A DNA stretch of 64,000 nt from NCBI GenBank assembly GCA_963753975.1, contig CAVWEH010000001.1, forward strand, positions 288,001-352,000, written 5' to 3'. The translations under genes and the position numbers were made by a program. The notes under the pieces are model-generated. The model did not search any database. It saw nothing but the letters and a program-made list of their open reading frames with translations, and was not told the DNA's origin. Positions 48,924 to 61,512 of the stretch are shown here, piece by piece; position 1 is the first letter of the stretch, and each line of letters begins with the position of its first letter. This DNA comes from an uncultured delta proteobacterium. GTDB lineage: Bacteria; Desulfobacterota; Syntrophia; Syntrophales; Smithellaceae.

Positions 48924-49541
48924 ATGGAAAGGCTGGAGCGAAAAGAGCGTGAGTTCAATGTGCGCCGGGCGGATATTCTGGGGCAGGCGGAAAAAATATT
49001 TTCCGCCAAAAGCTATCATAACGTTACAATGGCTGAAATTGCCAGCGCTTCCGGTTTTGCCATCGGGTCCCTCTATCAGTTCTTTAACGGCAAAGAACAT
49101 CTTTATACGACGATGATCAGCGAAAAACTCGACTTGATGTATGCCGAAATCAGGCAAGAGGTAAACACAGCCAAGGATGCTGCCGATAAAATTGTAACGC
49201 TGATTAAGGCGCATTTAAACTTTATCGAAAAAAATACGGATTTCTGCCGTATATTCCTGCGCGGGGAAAACGATGCTTTATCGGAAATTATGTCCACCCT
49301 GCGCCAAAAACTTATCGACGATTATTTTAAACACATAACTTTTATCGAGAATTCATTAAAAATAGGTGTAAAGAGCGGCTTATTGCGCCCGCTCCCGCCG
49401 CATGAAATGGCTTCGGCGTTAATGCATTTGATCAGGTCGGCAGCAAGCGAGTGGTTGTTAATGCCGACGAAAGAGTCCCTCCTTTCCAAAAAGGATTTTA
49501 TTCTGGACATTTTTTTAAATGGAGTAAAAAAATATGATTGA
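48924..49541 (+). CDS. TetR/AcrR transcriptional regulator
   Basis: TMAEIA..SGFAIGSLYQFF.GKE HTH; start 48924 or 48894. Confidence 0.92.
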   Translation: MERLERKEREFNVRRADILGQAEKIFSAKSYHNVTMAEIASASGFAIGSLYQFFNGKEHLYTTMISEKLDLMYAEIRQEVNTAKDAADKIVTLIKAHLNFIEKNTDFCRIFLRGENDALSEIMSTLRQKLIDDYFKHITFIENSLKIGVKSGLLRPLPPHEMASALMHLIRSAASEWLLMPTKESLLSKKDFILDIFLNGVKKYD

Positions 49542-50877
49542 TAAGACTTATCGTTCAGCCTTTTTGATTATTTTGGCAATTATTCTTTTTCCGAAATTTG
49601 TTTCCGGCGAAGAGCCATTAACTTTGGAGAGAAGCATTGACATTGCTTTAAAGAACAGCATTGTTTTAAATATAGCCAAGGAAGGGTCCAAAGGCGCCAC
49701 AGCTCAAAAACGTGAAGCCTTAACCGGTTTTTTACCTACGTTCAATACTTCTTATAATTATACCCGCCTCAATGAGGATCCTTTCACTAGATTTGTTAAT
49801 GTTCCTCCGCCTCTTACAGCACTCAATGGTGCTGAAATCACGGTAGGGACGAAAAATAATTTCACCTGGTCAATAGAAGCAAAGCAACCTATTTTTGCCG
49901 GCGGTGGAATTCTGGCCAATTATCAGGCCAGTAAGATCGGCGAAGATGCTTCCTTTTTAGAAGAGGCCGCCAAACGACAGGATGTCGTACAGGATGTGAA
50001 AATAGCTTATTTCGACATTTTACGGGCGCAAAAAATTCTGGAAACGGCGCGTCAATCGGTCGAAATGCTTGCCGCTCATAACGATGTTGCCCAAAATTAT
50101 TTTAACGTGGGGATGATTCCCAAGAATGATTTACTGCATGCGGAAGTAGAACTGGCTAACGGCAAACAATCTCTTATCCGGGCTCTGAATGCCGTGGAGT
50201 TAGCCAAATCCCGTTTTAACACTGTCTTGAAACGTAAGATATTCGCGCCGGTAGAAATTGTGGATGTTCTAACCTATCAACCCCTCAATCAATCTTTTGA
50301 GCAATGCCTGGCTGTCGCTCAGCAAAACAGACCGGAGTTGAAAATATCTTCGCTTAGAGCCGAGCAGGCAGGTAAATTGGTTCAGGTGGCTCAAAGCGAT
50401 TTCCTGCCGTCAATAAGCCTCGTAGGCAACTATTCTAGATATGGCGATAATCCATCGATTTCCGGCAGTGACTATCAGGACGCGGAAAGCTGGTATCTGA
50501 TGGCAGTGGCGAGCTGGAATTTCTGGGAATGGGGCAAAACTAAATTTCGGGTAGATGCGAGCAAAGCCAAAGAGAATCAAGCTACAGAAGCGGCCAAAGA
50601 ATTAAATGACCAAATTACCCTGGAAATTAAAAATGCTTACCTGATTTTACAGGAAACGGAAAAACAGATTTCTGTATGGCAGCAAGTAATTGAACAGGCC
50701 GAAGAAAATTTTCGTATTTCCGAAGAAAGATACAAGGAAAGAGTGGCCACATCCACCGAAGTGCTCGATGCCCAAACACTGTTGACGAGAGCAAAATCCG
50801 AATACGCCAACGCCTTGGGCGATTATAATATGAATTATGCCAGGCTGCAGAGGGCGATGGGAACTATTTGGCCGTAG
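49534..50877 (+). CDS. TolC-family outer membrane protein
   Basis: LTLE..I.IAL.N, QPIFAGG, NRPEL, RYKE..AT..EVLDAQ. Confidence 0.9.
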   Translation: MIDKTYRSAFLIILAIILFPKFVSGEEPLTLERSIDIALKNSIVLNIAKEGSKGATAQKREALTGFLPTFNTSYNYTRLNEDPFTRFVNVPPPLTALNGAEITVGTKNNFTWSIEAKQPIFAGGGILANYQASKIGEDASFLEEAAKRQDVVQDVKIAYFDILRAQKILETARQSVEMLAAHNDVAQNYFNVGMIPKNDLLHAEVELANGKQSLIRALNAVELAKSRFNTVLKRKIFAPVEIVDVLTYQPLNQSFEQCLAVAQQNRPELKISSLRAEQAGKLVQVAQSDFLPSISLVGNYSRYGDNPSISGSDYQDAESWYLMAVASWNFWEWGKTKFRVDASKAKENQATEAAKELNDQITLEIKNAYLILQETEKQISVWQQVIEQAEENFRISEERYKERVATSTEVLDAQTLLTRAKSEYANALGDYNMNYARLQRAMGTIWP

Positions 50878-50997
50878 TTTTGTTGTATGTTGTTTGTGTT
50901 GAAAAGGATTTTAAAGAGGAAAAAAATATTATTATACGGGATACTCGTTACGATAAACAATTGATATTTATATTAAAATAAATAACAGAGGTGTAGA

Positions 50998-52158
50998 ATG
51001 AAAAACAATAACAGGGCCAGGCTGATGGCCGCCGTTGGTGTTCTTGCTGCGGGCTTGATCCTGGGCGGTTGCGGACAGAAGACCCCGAGCGCTCAAAACA
51101 TTCCCGAAGTTTCCGTTGTGACGATACAGCCGAAGCCGGTGGCTATTACGACCGATTTGACCGGCAGGACGTCCGCCAATTTAGTAGCTGAAGTACGTCC
51201 TCAGGTGAGTGGCATCATTCAGAAGCGCCTGTTTACAGAAGGCTCCGATGTTAGAGCCGGCCAAGTTCTCTTTCAGATAGATCCTGCTTTGTATCAGGCG
51301 GCGCTTGCAAGATCCGAGGCCAATCTCACGGCCATCCAGTTAAGGACCGAACGCTTGCGGGAATTGCTTGTCGAGAAAGCGGTAAGCCAGCAGGACTATG
51401 ATGATGCGGCGGCTGCGCTGAAACAGACTCAGGCGGATATACGAGGAACGGCACGCATCAATTTGAAATATACGACGATTACTGCGCCCATCTCGGGCCG
51501 AATCGGAAAATCCAGCGTCACTGAGGGCGCCTTGGTGACGGCGCAGCAGCCCGAAGCCCTGGCAACCATTCAAAAACTTAATCCCATGTATGTGGATATT
51601 ACCCAATCCACGGCCGACCTGCTGCGATTGCGACGTGGCATTAAGGAAGGCCGTCTGAGTCAAAATGAAGCAAATCAGAAAAAGGTTCAACTCATTCTGG
51701 AAGACGGTACAGCGTATCCATTGACGGGAACCCTTCAATTCCGGGATGTCACGGTCGATCCCACGACGGGGTCAGTCATTCTGCGAGCCATCTTTCCTAA
51801 TCCGAATGGGGTTCTCCTGCCGGGCATGTTTATCCGGGCAGTGGTGCAGGAAGGTGTCAATAAGAAGGCCATTCTCGTTCCCCAGCAGGCCGTGTCACGT
51901 GATCCGAAGGGAAACCCGCTAACATTGATCGTGGACGCCGCAGGCAAGGTTCAATTGCGGATGCTGACGCTTGATCGAGCCATTGGTGATCAGTGGCTTG
52001 TTTTATCAGGTCTTGTGCCCGGCGATCGGGTAATTGTTGAAGGGATGCAAAAGGTGACACCCGGCGTTTCCGTAAAAGCTGTTCCTTTTGAAATTGGCGG
52101 CGAAACAAGCAGCGGGGAACGTAAGAATAAGATTCCACCGCCGGCAAAAGCGAATTAA
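50998..52158 (+). CDS. RND efflux periplasmic adaptor (AcrA/MexA-like)
   Basis: LGGC lipobox, AEVRPQVSGII, APISGRIG, VDPTTGS, LLPGMF. Confidence 0.93.
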   Translation: MKNNNRARLMAAVGVLAAGLILGGCGQKTPSAQNIPEVSVVTIQPKPVAITTDLTGRTSANLVAEVRPQVSGIIQKRLFTEGSDVRAGQVLFQIDPALYQAALARSEANLTAIQLRTERLRELLVEKAVSQQDYDDAAAALKQTQADIRGTARINLKYTTITAPISGRIGKSSVTEGALVTAQQPEALATIQKLNPMYVDITQSTADLLRLRRGIKEGRLSQNEANQKKVQLILEDGTAYPLTGTLQFRDVTVDPTTGSVILRAIFPNPNGVLLPGMFIRAVVQEGVNKKAILVPQQAVSRDPKGNPLTLIVDAAGKVQLRMLTLDRAIGDQWLVLSGLVPGDRVIVEGMQKVTPGVSVKAVPFEIGGETSSGERKNKIPPPAKAN

Positions 52159-52170
52159 CGGAGGCGCAAG

Positions 52171-55100
52171 ATGCTATCAAGATTCTTTCTGGACCGTCCT
52201 GTCTTTGCCTGGGTCATTGCTATGATCATTATGGTGGTGGGCGGCCTGGCGATTTACAACCTGCCCATCACACAGTATCCCCCGATCGCTCCGCCTTCCA
52301 TCAGGGTTGGCTGCCTTTATCCCGGGGCCTCGGCGGAGACGGTGGAAGACAGCATAACACAGATCATCGAGCAGCAGATGACCGGGCTGGACAAAATGCT
52401 GTATATGTCCAGCAGCAGTGATTCGTCCGGCATTTCTCAGATCACGCTGACCTTCGCTCCGGGAACCGATCCGGACCTCGCCTGGGCCAAGGTGCAAAAC
52501 AAGCTCCAACTGGCGATGGCGCGACTGCCCCTAACGGTTCAGCAGCGCGGTGTCTCGGTCCGCAAATCCACCGCCAACTATCTGATGATCGTGGGTCTGG
52601 TTTCCGAAGACGGCAGCATGACCGATATTGACTTGAGAGATTATGCTTTGACCACTGTGCAGCAGGTGCTGGCGCGGGTGCCGGGTGTCGGGGAAGTGGA
52701 AGGATTCGGTGGCGAGTACGCCATGCGGATCTGGCTCAACCCCAACAAGCTGACGGTTTACGGCCTGACGGTGGACGATGTAATCAAGGCGCTTCAAGAC
52801 TACAACGTGGAAATATCCGGCGGCCAGTTCGGCGGGGCGCCGGCGGTGGCGGACCAGCGTCTCAACGCCAGCATTATCGTCCATAGCCTGCTTAAGACCC
52901 CCGAGGAGTTTGCCGAAATCCCCGTCCGCATCAATCCGGACAGCTCCATCGTGCGAATCAAGAACATCGGGCGGACGGAACTGGGGACCGATCTTGCCGA
53001 TACCTTCGCCTATTACAACGGCATGCCGGCGGCCGGGCTGGCCATCCGGCAGGAACCCGGCGCCAATGCGCTGGATACGGCCAACGCGATCCGGGCCAAG
53101 ATGACGGAGTTGAGCCGGTACTTTCCCCACGGCATGAAGGTCGTTTATCCCTACGACACCACTCCCTTTACCAGAGTGGCGATTGAGGAAGTGGTCAAGA
53201 CCCTTTTCGAGGCGATCTTGCTGGTTTTCCTGGTGATGTATCTGTTCATGGGCAACATGCGGGCCACCCTCATTCCGACTATCGCCGTGCCGGTGGTGCT
53301 TCTCGGCACCTTCGCGGTGCTGGGACTGTTCGGGTTTTCCATCAACATGCTGACCATGTTTGCCATGGTGCTGGCCATCGGCCTTTTGGTGGATGACGCC
53401 ATCGTCGTGGTGGAAAACGTCGAACGGATCATGAGCGAGGAAGGAATCTCACCCAAAGAAGCCACCGCCAAGTCCATGGATCAAATCACTCCCGCGCTGA
53501 TCGGCATCGGACTGGTGCTCTCGGCGGTGTTTGGGCCGATGGCGTTTTTCGCCGGCTCTACCGGCGTCATCTACCGCCAGTTTTCCATGACCGTCATCGC
53601 CGCCATGCTCCTTTCGCTGTTGGTGGCCTTGATTCTGACACCGGTCCTCTGCGCATCGCTCCTCAAGCCGGTGCCCAAGGGGCATGAACCGGCGGAAGGC
53701 GGAATATCTTTCCTTCGCCCGTTTTTCAGGTGGTTTGACAAAGTTTTTTTTCGATTCCGAGACCTGTACGTGAGAATAGTCGGTCACTCGTTAAACAAAA
53801 ACGTGCGCTATTTGTTTTTTTATCTCCTGATCGTGGCGGCGATGGGATTGCTGCTTCTGCATTTGCCTAAGAGTTATCTTCCGGATGAAGACCAGGGGAC
53901 ACTGTATGTCATGGCCACGCTTCCGTCGGGTTCCACACTGGAACAGACCAGGGAAGTAATGGACGATCGTCCAAAATCATTTTCAAGTGACAGAAAAAGA
54001 CGCGGTGGAAGGCCTTTTGACGATGAGCGGTCAGAACCAGGCCGGACGGGGACAGAACATCGGTATGGCCTTTGTCAAGCTCAGAGACTGGAAGCTGCGC
54101 TACCCGGCGGGAGTTGAGGGCCGACGCCGTGGCCGACAGGGCCATGCGGGCGTTTTCTCAGATCCGCAACGCCAGGGTGTTCGCCTTCACGCCGCCGGCG
54201 GTCATCGAACTGGGCAATGCCAAGGGTTTTGACTTTCAATTGCAGGACCGTGGCGGCCTGGGTCACGAGGGTCTGATGGCGGCCCGCAACCAACTCCTCG
54301 CTATGGCGGCCAAGGATCCGCGATTGACCCGGGTGCGGCCCAACGGATTGGAAGATAGCCCCCAATACCGGATTGATGTGGATTGGGAAAAGGCCGGCGC
54401 CCTGGGGGTTCCTATCTCTGCCATTCACAACACTATTTCGGCAGAATTTGGCAGTGCCTATGTCAACGACTTTATTAAAGGCGGACGGGTTAAGCACGTG
54501 GACATTCAGGCCGACGCCCCGTACCGCATGTTGCCCAGTGACCTGGAAAGACTCTATGTGCGCAACAACGCGGGCAAGATGGTTCCTTATTCCGCTTTTG
54601 CAACCGGGCACTGGGCCTTCGGTTCTCCCAAGCTGGAGCGCTACAATGCGTTTTCTTCCATAAATATCTGGGGAGAAGCGGCGCCGGGCAGGAGTTCCGG
54701 TGAGGCGATGCAGGCCATGGAGGAGATTGCCTCGAAGTTACCCAAAGAAATCGGTTTTGACTGGACCGGGCTTTCCTACCAGGAACGGCAAGCCGGTACC
54801 CAGGCTGCCCCGCTCTATGCATTTTCAATTCTGATCATCTTCCTGTGCGTAGCGGCCCTGTATGAGAGTTGGACCGTTCCCATCTCGATCCTCTTGGCCC
54901 TCCCCCTGGGGGCGCTCGGCGGCGCTATTGCCTCGAACATGCGGGGAATGCCCAACGACATCTATTTTCAGATCGGCCTCTTGACCATTCTGGGCTTGAC
55001 CACAAAAAACGCCATTCTGATCGTCCAATTCGCCAAGGCCCGAGTGGAAGGAGGAATGGATCTGGTCGAGGCGACTCTGGAGGGGGCCAAACTGAGGCTT

Positions 55101-55424
55101 CGTCCCATTATCATGACCTCGCTGGCCTTCGGATTCGGGATACTACCGCTGGTGCTGGCGAGCGGCGCGGGCGCAGGCGCCCAAAAGGCCATCGGCACCG
55201 GTGCGCTGGGTGGGGTAGTGACCGCCACTTTCCTGGTAACCTTATTTGCGCCGCTCTTCTATGTCTTGATTGAGAAAACCTTCGGCAAACACAGGAAGAA
55301 TAAAACAGCCCTGGTAACCTTATTTGCGCCGCTCCTCCATGCGTTGATCGAGAAACCCTTTGGCAAACACAGGAAGAATAAAACAGCCAAGACAGACAGC
55401 GCAAATCCATCAAGGGATAAATGA
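52171..55424 (+). pseudogene. RND efflux permease (AcrB/MexB-like) with two frameshifts (near 53965 and 54105)
   Basis: FFLDRPVFAWV, GLLVDDAIVVVENVER, KNAILIV, RLRPIIMTS in three consecutive frames. Confidence 0.88.
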
Positions 55425-55425
55425 C

Positions 55426-56833
55426 ATGAATAAAAAATGGTTTCTTCTACTGGGCCTAATAATCTTCCTTCTGGGTGGTTGCACGCTGGCCCCGAAATAT
55501 ACACGGCCGGATGCGCCGGTGCCTGCCCAATGGCCGACCGGTGCAGCCTACAAGGAAACGAAGTTAGTGGCATCTGCTCCGGCAGTAGCGGAGTTGCCGT
55601 GGCGGGACTTTTTCACCGATGAACATCTGCAGAAGGTCATCGGGATCGCTTTGGACAACAACCGCGATCTGCGGTTAGCGGCCTTGAATGTCGAAAGGGC
55701 GCGCGCTTTGTACGGCATTCAGCGAGCCGAACTGTTGCCCGCAGTTGATGCGGTTGGCCTGATAAGTAAACAAGGTATTCCGGCTGATCTTTCAACCACC
55801 GGGTCCGCGACGACTGCCGTACAATATGGCGTCAATCTGGGCATCATCTCTTGGGAAATTGACTTCTTCGGTCGCATCCGCAGCCTGAAAGATCAAGCCT
55901 TGGAGGAGTATCTGTCTACGGAGGATGCTCGCCGTAGTACTCAAATCTCGCTGGTGTCGGCGGTAGCGCAAGCATATCTGACCCTGGCTGCAGATCGGGA
56001 AACCCTCAAGCTGGTGGCCTCCACCCTGGAAGCTCAGGAGGCCTCCTACAAATTGATCCAGAAGCGCTGTGATGTGGGACTCGCCTCCGAATTGGATCTC
56101 CGGCGTGCACAAAGCCAGGTGGATACGGCCAGAGGAGACGTTGCCCGCTATACGCAACTGGCGGCGCAGGATGAAAATGTCTTGAATCTTCTGGTCGGTT
56201 CCCCCCTGCCAGCAGCGCTCTTACCGGCGGAGTTGGGTAGTGTCAGCCCACCCAAAGAGATTTCTCCCGGCCTGTCTTCCGAACTGCTTTTGCGTCGGCC
56301 GGATGTACTGGCGGCGGAACATCAGCTTAAGGCGGCCAACGCCAATATCGGTGCTGCCCGAGCGGCTTTTTTCCCCGACATCTCTCTGACGACCGCCATC
56401 GGAACCGCCAGCGCAGATCTATCCGGACTCTTCAAATCCGGCCAGGGCACGTGGCTCTTCGCACCGCAGATCATCATGCCGATTTTTGATGCCCGCACGT
56501 GGTCGGCATACGATGTAACAAAAGTAGATAGGGAAATATCCGTGGCCCAATACGAAAAAGTGATCCAGACGGCTTTTCGGGAAGTGGCTGATGCCCTTGC
56601 CGTCCGGGGCACGGTGAACCAGCAGATAGCAGCGCAGCAATCGCTGGTCGATGCTGTTGCAGAAACCTATCGCCTTTCCACGTTGCGCTATGACAAAGGG
56701 AATCGACAACTATCTCAGTGTTCTCGATGCACAGCGTTCACTCTATGGCGCACAACAGGGATTAATCGTTCTTCGCCTTGCCCGGCGCGCTAATGCAGTC
56801 GTGCTCTATAAGGTGTTGGGCGGAGGTGAGTGA
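55426..56833 (+). CDS. OprM/NodT-family outer membrane lipoprotein, frameshift near 56700
   Basis: [30 protein letters not shown]; native end YL.VLDAQR...LYKVLGGG in shifted frame. Confidence 0.88.
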
Positions 56834-57095
56834 AGGAGGTCTTGAAAATGTATCGGCTAACCTCGCTCTAGTTTAAAGGCATTTACTTTTCCTTTAGAAG
56901 AAGCATGCAGCTAGATTAAACGGGGGAGATGTGTTATGGCCCGCCAAAAAGTTACCCGCAGACAAAAAGATATCTCTAGGCTCTTGCGTGAAAAAAAATA
57001 TAATCCGCGCCATCAGTCGAAAAAAGATAACAAATTTCCTTTAAAAAGACGCAGCAGTTGACCGATTATGAAAGCCAATGTCAATAATATAACTC

Positions 57096-58148
57096 TCAAT
57101 TTTTATGAAAAGCGCCGCTCAACTGGCCGCAGGCGGCAAGAATGTCGCTGCCGCGGCTCTTGCGGATCATGGTTGTATAATGTTTTTTTATTAGCAGCTT
57201 CTGAAAAGCCTCTACCTCCTCTGGCGGCGGCGCTTTGAAAGAGGATCCGGGTATTTCGTTAAGAACAATCAAATTTATTTTACAGCGCTGACCCTTAAGT
57301 AGATTGGCTAATTTTTCCGCGTTGTGCACGGAAGAATTAACGCCGTCAATTAAAATATATTCAAAGGTAAGCAGCCTCCGACCGGGCATGGGATATTGCC
57401 TGCAAGCGTTGAGTAATGCTTTCAGAGGATATTTTTTATTGACCGGCATGAGCTCATTTCTCGTTCTATCGTCGGGTGCGTTGAGGGATACAGCAAGATT
57501 AATACAAATATCCTTTCCCAACTGAATTATTTGCGGAGCCAGGCCGCAGGTGGAAATCGTGATTTTCCGGTTGGAAATACCAAGGCCGAAATCACAGGTC
57601 AGAATATTTATCGCCTTGAGTGTATTTTTATAATTGGCCAGAGGTTCACCCATGCCCATCATCACAATGTTTTTGATATTGAGGCCTTCGGGTGTTTCCT
57701 GTCTCAGAGCTATAAGTTGTCCGACAATTTCCGCAGGTTGTAAATTTCTTTTTAATCCCCAGCGCCCCGTCAGGCAAAACTCACAACCCATGGCGCAGCC
57801 GGCTTGAGTGGAGATACAAATTGTCCAGTGGTTTTTACCGGGGATTAAAACACTTTCGATAAAAAGCCCGTCTTCCAGACGCAAGAGAGCTTTCTTCGTT
57901 CCATCCTTGGATTTTTGAACTTTAATGATTTGCGGCCGCTGGATACGGGAAATTTCGGCAAGCTTGTCACGAAAATCGCGCGAAAGAGTGGTCATCTCGG
58001 CAAAAGAAACGCTGCCTTTCTGATGCAGCCATTTCATTATTTGCCGTGCGCGGAATTTTTCCTTACCCAGGGAGGAAATTAATACCTCCATTTCCTCGAG
58101 AGTGAAATCCAGCAAATTGGGCAGTGGATTTTCAGCGCTTTTAGCCAT
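57096..58148 (-). CDS. rlmN: 23S rRNA/tRNA m2A methyltransferase
   Basis: [32 protein letters not shown]. Confidence 0.96.
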   Translation of the reverse strand: MAKSAENPLPNLLDFTLEEMEVLISSLGKEKFRARQIMKWLHQKGSVSFAEMTTLSRDFRDKLAEISRIQRPQIIKVQKSKDGTKKALLRLEDGLFIESVLIPGKNHWTICISTQAGCAMGCEFCLTGRWGLKRNLQPAEIVGQLIALRQETPEGLNIKNIVMMGMGEPLANYKNTLKAINILTCDFGLGISNRKITISTCGLAPQIIQLGKDICINLAVSLNAPDDRTRNELMPVNKKYPLKALLNACRQYPMPGRRLLTFEYILIDGVNSSVHNAEKLANLLKGQRCKINLIVLNEIPGSSFKAPPPEEVEAFQKLLIKKHYTTMIRKSRGSDILAACGQLSGAFHKN

Positions 58149-59364
58149 TGAATTTTTTCTGCAGGGTAGCGGCTATGGCGTCAATAAAACCTGCCGTATT
58201 TACTTTTTTGTTGGAAGCTTTCTTTTCGGCCAGTGCCAGCAGATCACCGGTCATTGTGCCGCTCTCCACTGTGGCAACAGCTGCCTCTTCAAGTTTTTCG
58301 GCAAACTTTATCACCTCTGTGGTACCATCCAACTCTCCGCGTTTGCGCAAACCGCCCGTCCAGGCAAAGATCAGCGCCATTGAATTGCTCGAAGTTTCTT
58401 CGCCCTGCAAATGCTTATAATAGTGCTTCTGTACAGTACCGTGAGCGGCCTCAAATTCAAACCAGCCATTCGGTGAAACCAGCACGGATGTCATCATGGC
58501 CAGCGAGCCGTTGGCGGAAGCAATCATATCCGACATGACATCACCGTCGTAGTTTTTCAGCGCCCAAAGCATACCGCCTTCACTTTTCATAATGCGCGCC
58601 ACGGCATCGTCAATCAGGGTAAAGAAGTATTCAATGCCCGCTTTTTTAAATTTTTCTTTCCAGTTTTGCTCGAATTCACGGTTGAAGATTTCGCGAAAAC
58701 CGGCATCGTATATTTTGGAAATAGTATCTTTGGTGGAAAACCACAAATCAATTTTTTCGCTTAACGCGTAAGTAAAGCAGGCTTGGGCAAAACTCAAAAT
58801 GGATTGGTTAAGGTTATGGTTGACTTGAATTATTCCCGCCGAGGGGAAATCTTTAACTAGAATATTTTTTGATTTGCTGCCGTTCTGGGGAGTAAAAACA
58901 ATTTCGAATTTCCCCGCCGTCGGAATTGCCATTTCAAAACTATTATAAACATCGCCGTAAGCATGGCGGCCTATGGTTATCGGTTTTTTCCAGGAAGAAA
59001 CCGCGGGTCGTATATTATTCACCAAAATCGGTTTTCGGAAAACCGTGCCGTCGAGCATCGCGCGAATGGTGCCGTTAGGGCTTTTCCATGCCTTTTTCAA
59101 ATTGTATTCATTCACGCGATCTTCGTTCGGAGTTATGGTGGCACACTTAATTCCGACGCCGTATTTCATAATCGCGCGGGCAGCATCAACAGTAACCCGG
59201 TCATCGGTATCATCCCGATGTTTTATATGCAAATCATAGTAGTCAATATTCATATCCAGATAAGGAAAGAGCAGTTTATCTTTGACCATTTGCCACATGA
59301 CGCGGGTCATTTCATCACCATCCATTTCCACGATAGTAGTTTTAACCCTGATCTTTTTCGCCAT
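58141..59364 (-). CDS. icd: NADP-dependent isocitrate dehydrogenase
   Basis: [39 protein letters not shown]. Confidence 0.96.
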   Translation of the reverse strand: MAKKIRVKTTIVEMDGDEMTRVMWQMVKDKLLFPYLDMNIDYYDLHIKHRDDTDDRVTVDAARAIMKYGVGIKCATITPNEDRVNEYNLKKAWKSPNGTIRAMLDGTVFRKPILVNNIRPAVSSWKKPITIGRHAYGDVYNSFEMAIPTAGKFEIVFTPQNGSKSKNILVKDFPSAGIIQVNHNLNQSILSFAQACFTYALSEKIDLWFSTKDTISKIYDAGFREIFNREFEQNWKEKFKKAGIEYFFTLIDDAVARIMKSEGGMLWALKNYDGDVMSDMIASANGSLAMMTSVLVSPNGWFEFEAAHGTVQKHYYKHLQGEETSSNSMALIFAWTGGLRKRGELDGTTEVIKFAEKLEEAAVATVESGTMTGDLLALAEKKASNKKVNTAGFIDAIAATLQKKFNG

Positions 59365-59390
59365 AAAAAAATGTCGCTCCGAAACTTTAT

Positions 59391-59568
59391 TTGTGAAACT
59401 CCAATTCCGAAAGCGAAGCGTATAACCTGAAGGTCACACGTCGGAATTGGCAAGTTGTAATGAGACCCAAGCTTCAGAAACAGAGTGCGCTGAAGCTTGC
59501 AGGTCGAATTATCCCGCGAAACGGAGGGCATGAACCATAAAGCGTGCTTCGGGGTTCATGCCCGTGGG
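59391..59568 (+). repeat. Nested GA-mismatch hairpin cluster between acn and icd (outer 59391, micro-insert 59422-59440, second unit 59458)
   Basis: CCAATTCCGA/TCGGAATTGG and CAAGCTTCAG/CTGAAGCTTG perfect arms. Confidence 0.88.
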
Positions 59569-59574
59569 TGATTT

Positions 59575-61512
59575 TTATTTTACGCTGCGGACGTTCAGCG
59601 CCCCGCCGGCCAAAAGTATTTGCCTTTGCCTTGCGGAGAAGGCGCAGGAAACCCCAAAAGAGATGCCCTTGGTTTTGTTTTGTACCAGAATATCGCCGCC
59701 TGCAGTAATTATTTTTCTGGCTTCGGCGATTTCCAAATCATCTCCCTGATTGATTTTGTCATAGTCGCCCTCGACTTTAAAGGTAAGCGGCAATATGCCG
59801 AAATTAACTAAATTGGCGGCATGAATTCTTTCCAGAGATTTGGCCATTACCGCGCGCACGCCCAGAAACATGGGACATAAAGCGGCATGTTCGCGCGAAG
59901 AGCCCTGTCCGTATGATAAGCCCGCGATGATAATGTTTTCTTTTCCCGATTCCTTTATTTTGCGTGCGCGAGTCGCAAAACCGGCATCGATATTTCCAAA
60001 AACAAACTCGGAGTACTTCGGAATGTTCGAGCGGTATTTCATCCGCGCACCGGCGGGGAGAATGTGATCGGTCGTAATCTTGTCGCCTACCTTTATCGTA
60101 ACCTGCGCTTGAATAATCTCCGGCAGTGCCGAATTTTTAGGCACAGAGACGATATTCGGGCCGCGGTAAATTTCCGTGCCGGTGTTTTTTTTGTGCGGCC
60201 AAATAATCATCGAGTCGTCGATTAAGAACTTTTCCGGCATTTTGACTTTGGGATAAGGAATTTTTAAGTCGCGTGGATCGGTAAATTTTCCCGTGATTAA
60301 TGCGGCTGCGGCTGTTTCCGGGCTGACGAGATAAACGTCGGCGTCCGCCGTTCCCGAGCGCCCCAGGAAATTGCGGTTGGATGTGCGCAGTGATACGGCG
60401 CCGGACCCAGGGCTTTGGCTGTTGCCGATGCAAAAGCCGCAGGCGTTTTCCATAATTCGCGCTCCGGAGGAAATCAGGCAGGCCAGATATCCGCTAGAGG
60501 TCAGATTTTCCAGCACCTGGCGGGAGCCCGGCGCCAAAATAAAACTAACATCTGGATGCACTACCTTGCCTTTTAATATTTTGGCCACCGTGACCAAATC
60601 TTTATAGGAAGAGTTGGTACAGCTCCCCAGGCATACTTGATCCACGGCAATTTTTTTCATACTCTTAACCGTGCCGATATTATCCGGGCTGTGGGGCTTG
60701 GCCGTTAGTGGTTCGATCCGGGATAAGTCAATATCAACTACTCTGGCGTAAGTCGCTTCTTCGTCGGCGCTTAGTTTCATGAAATCTTTTTTGCGTTGCT
60801 GCGAGCTGAGGAATTGACGCGTCATTTCATCGCTGGGAAAAATGGATGTGGTCACACCGCACTCTGCTCCCATATTGGTTATCGTGGCGCGCTCCGGTAC
60901 GCTAAGAGTGGCAGCGCCTCTTCCGCCATACTCGAATACCGTACCGACGTTTCCTTTAGTGGTGAAAACTTCCAGCACTTTAAGGATAACATCTTTGGCG
61001 GAAATCCAGGGCTTAAGCTTGCCGGTAAGATTGATTTTAATGACCTTTGGGCAAGTGAAGTAAAATGGTTCACCGGCCATAGCCAGCGCGACATCGAGAC
61101 CTCCGACGCCGATGGCGATCATGCCTAAAGCGCCGCAAGTAGGAGTATGGCTGTCCGAGCCGATTAGCGTTTTTGCGGGTTTACCGAATCTTTCGAGATG
61201 TACCTGGTGGCAGATACCGTTTCCGGCGCGGGAAAGAACGATGCCGTATTTTTGCGCTACAGACTGCAAATAACGTTGGTCGTCCGCGTTTTCAAAACCA
61301 ACCTGAATTGTGTTATGGTCGATGTAGCTTACGGATAACTCGGTTTTTGCTTTCGGTACATTCATGGCCTCGAATTCAAGATAGGCCAGAGTTCCGGTAG
61401 CATCCTGTGTAAGAGTTTGATCGATGCGGATGCCTATCTCTTCTCCGGGCACGAGTTTGCCCGAAACCAAATGTTGCCCAAGAATTTTTTCTACTAAATT
61501 TTTTCCCATCAA
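59575..61512 (-). CDS. Aconitate hydratase (short, ~645 aa type)
   Basis: QDATG, GICHQ, DSHT, GSCTNSS, CGFCIG, TTDHI.PAG, GSSREHAA; upstream of icd. Confidence 0.93.
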   Translation of the reverse strand: MMGKNLVEKILGQHLVSGKLVPGEEIGIRIDQTLTQDATGTLAYLEFEAMNVPKAKTELSVSYIDHNTIQVGFENADDQRYLQSVAQKYGIVLSRAGNGICHQVHLERFGKPAKTLIGSDSHTPTCGALGMIAIGVGGLDVALAMAGEPFYFTCPKVIKINLTGKLKPWISAKDVILKVLEVFTTKGNVGTVFEYGGRGAATLSVPERATITNMGAECGVTTSIFPSDEMTRQFLSSQQRKKDFMKLSADEEATYARVVDIDLSRIEPLTAKPHSPDNIGTVKSMKKIAVDQVCLGSCTNSSYKDLVTVAKILKGKVVHPDVSFILAPGSRQVLENLTSSGYLACLISSGARIMENACGFCIGNSQSPGSGAVSLRTSNRNFLGRSGTADADVYLVSPETAAAALITGKFTDPRDLKIPYPKVKMPEKFLIDDSMIIWPHKKNTGTEIYRGPNIVSVPKNSALPEIIQAQVTIKVGDKITTDHILPAGARMKYRSNIPKYSEFVFGNIDAGFATRARKIKESGKENIIIAGLSYGQGSSREHAALCPMFLGVRAVMAKSLERIHAANLVNFGILPLTFKVEGDYDKINQGDDLEIAEARKIITAGGDILVQNKTKGISFGVSCAFSARQRQILLAGGALNVRSVK

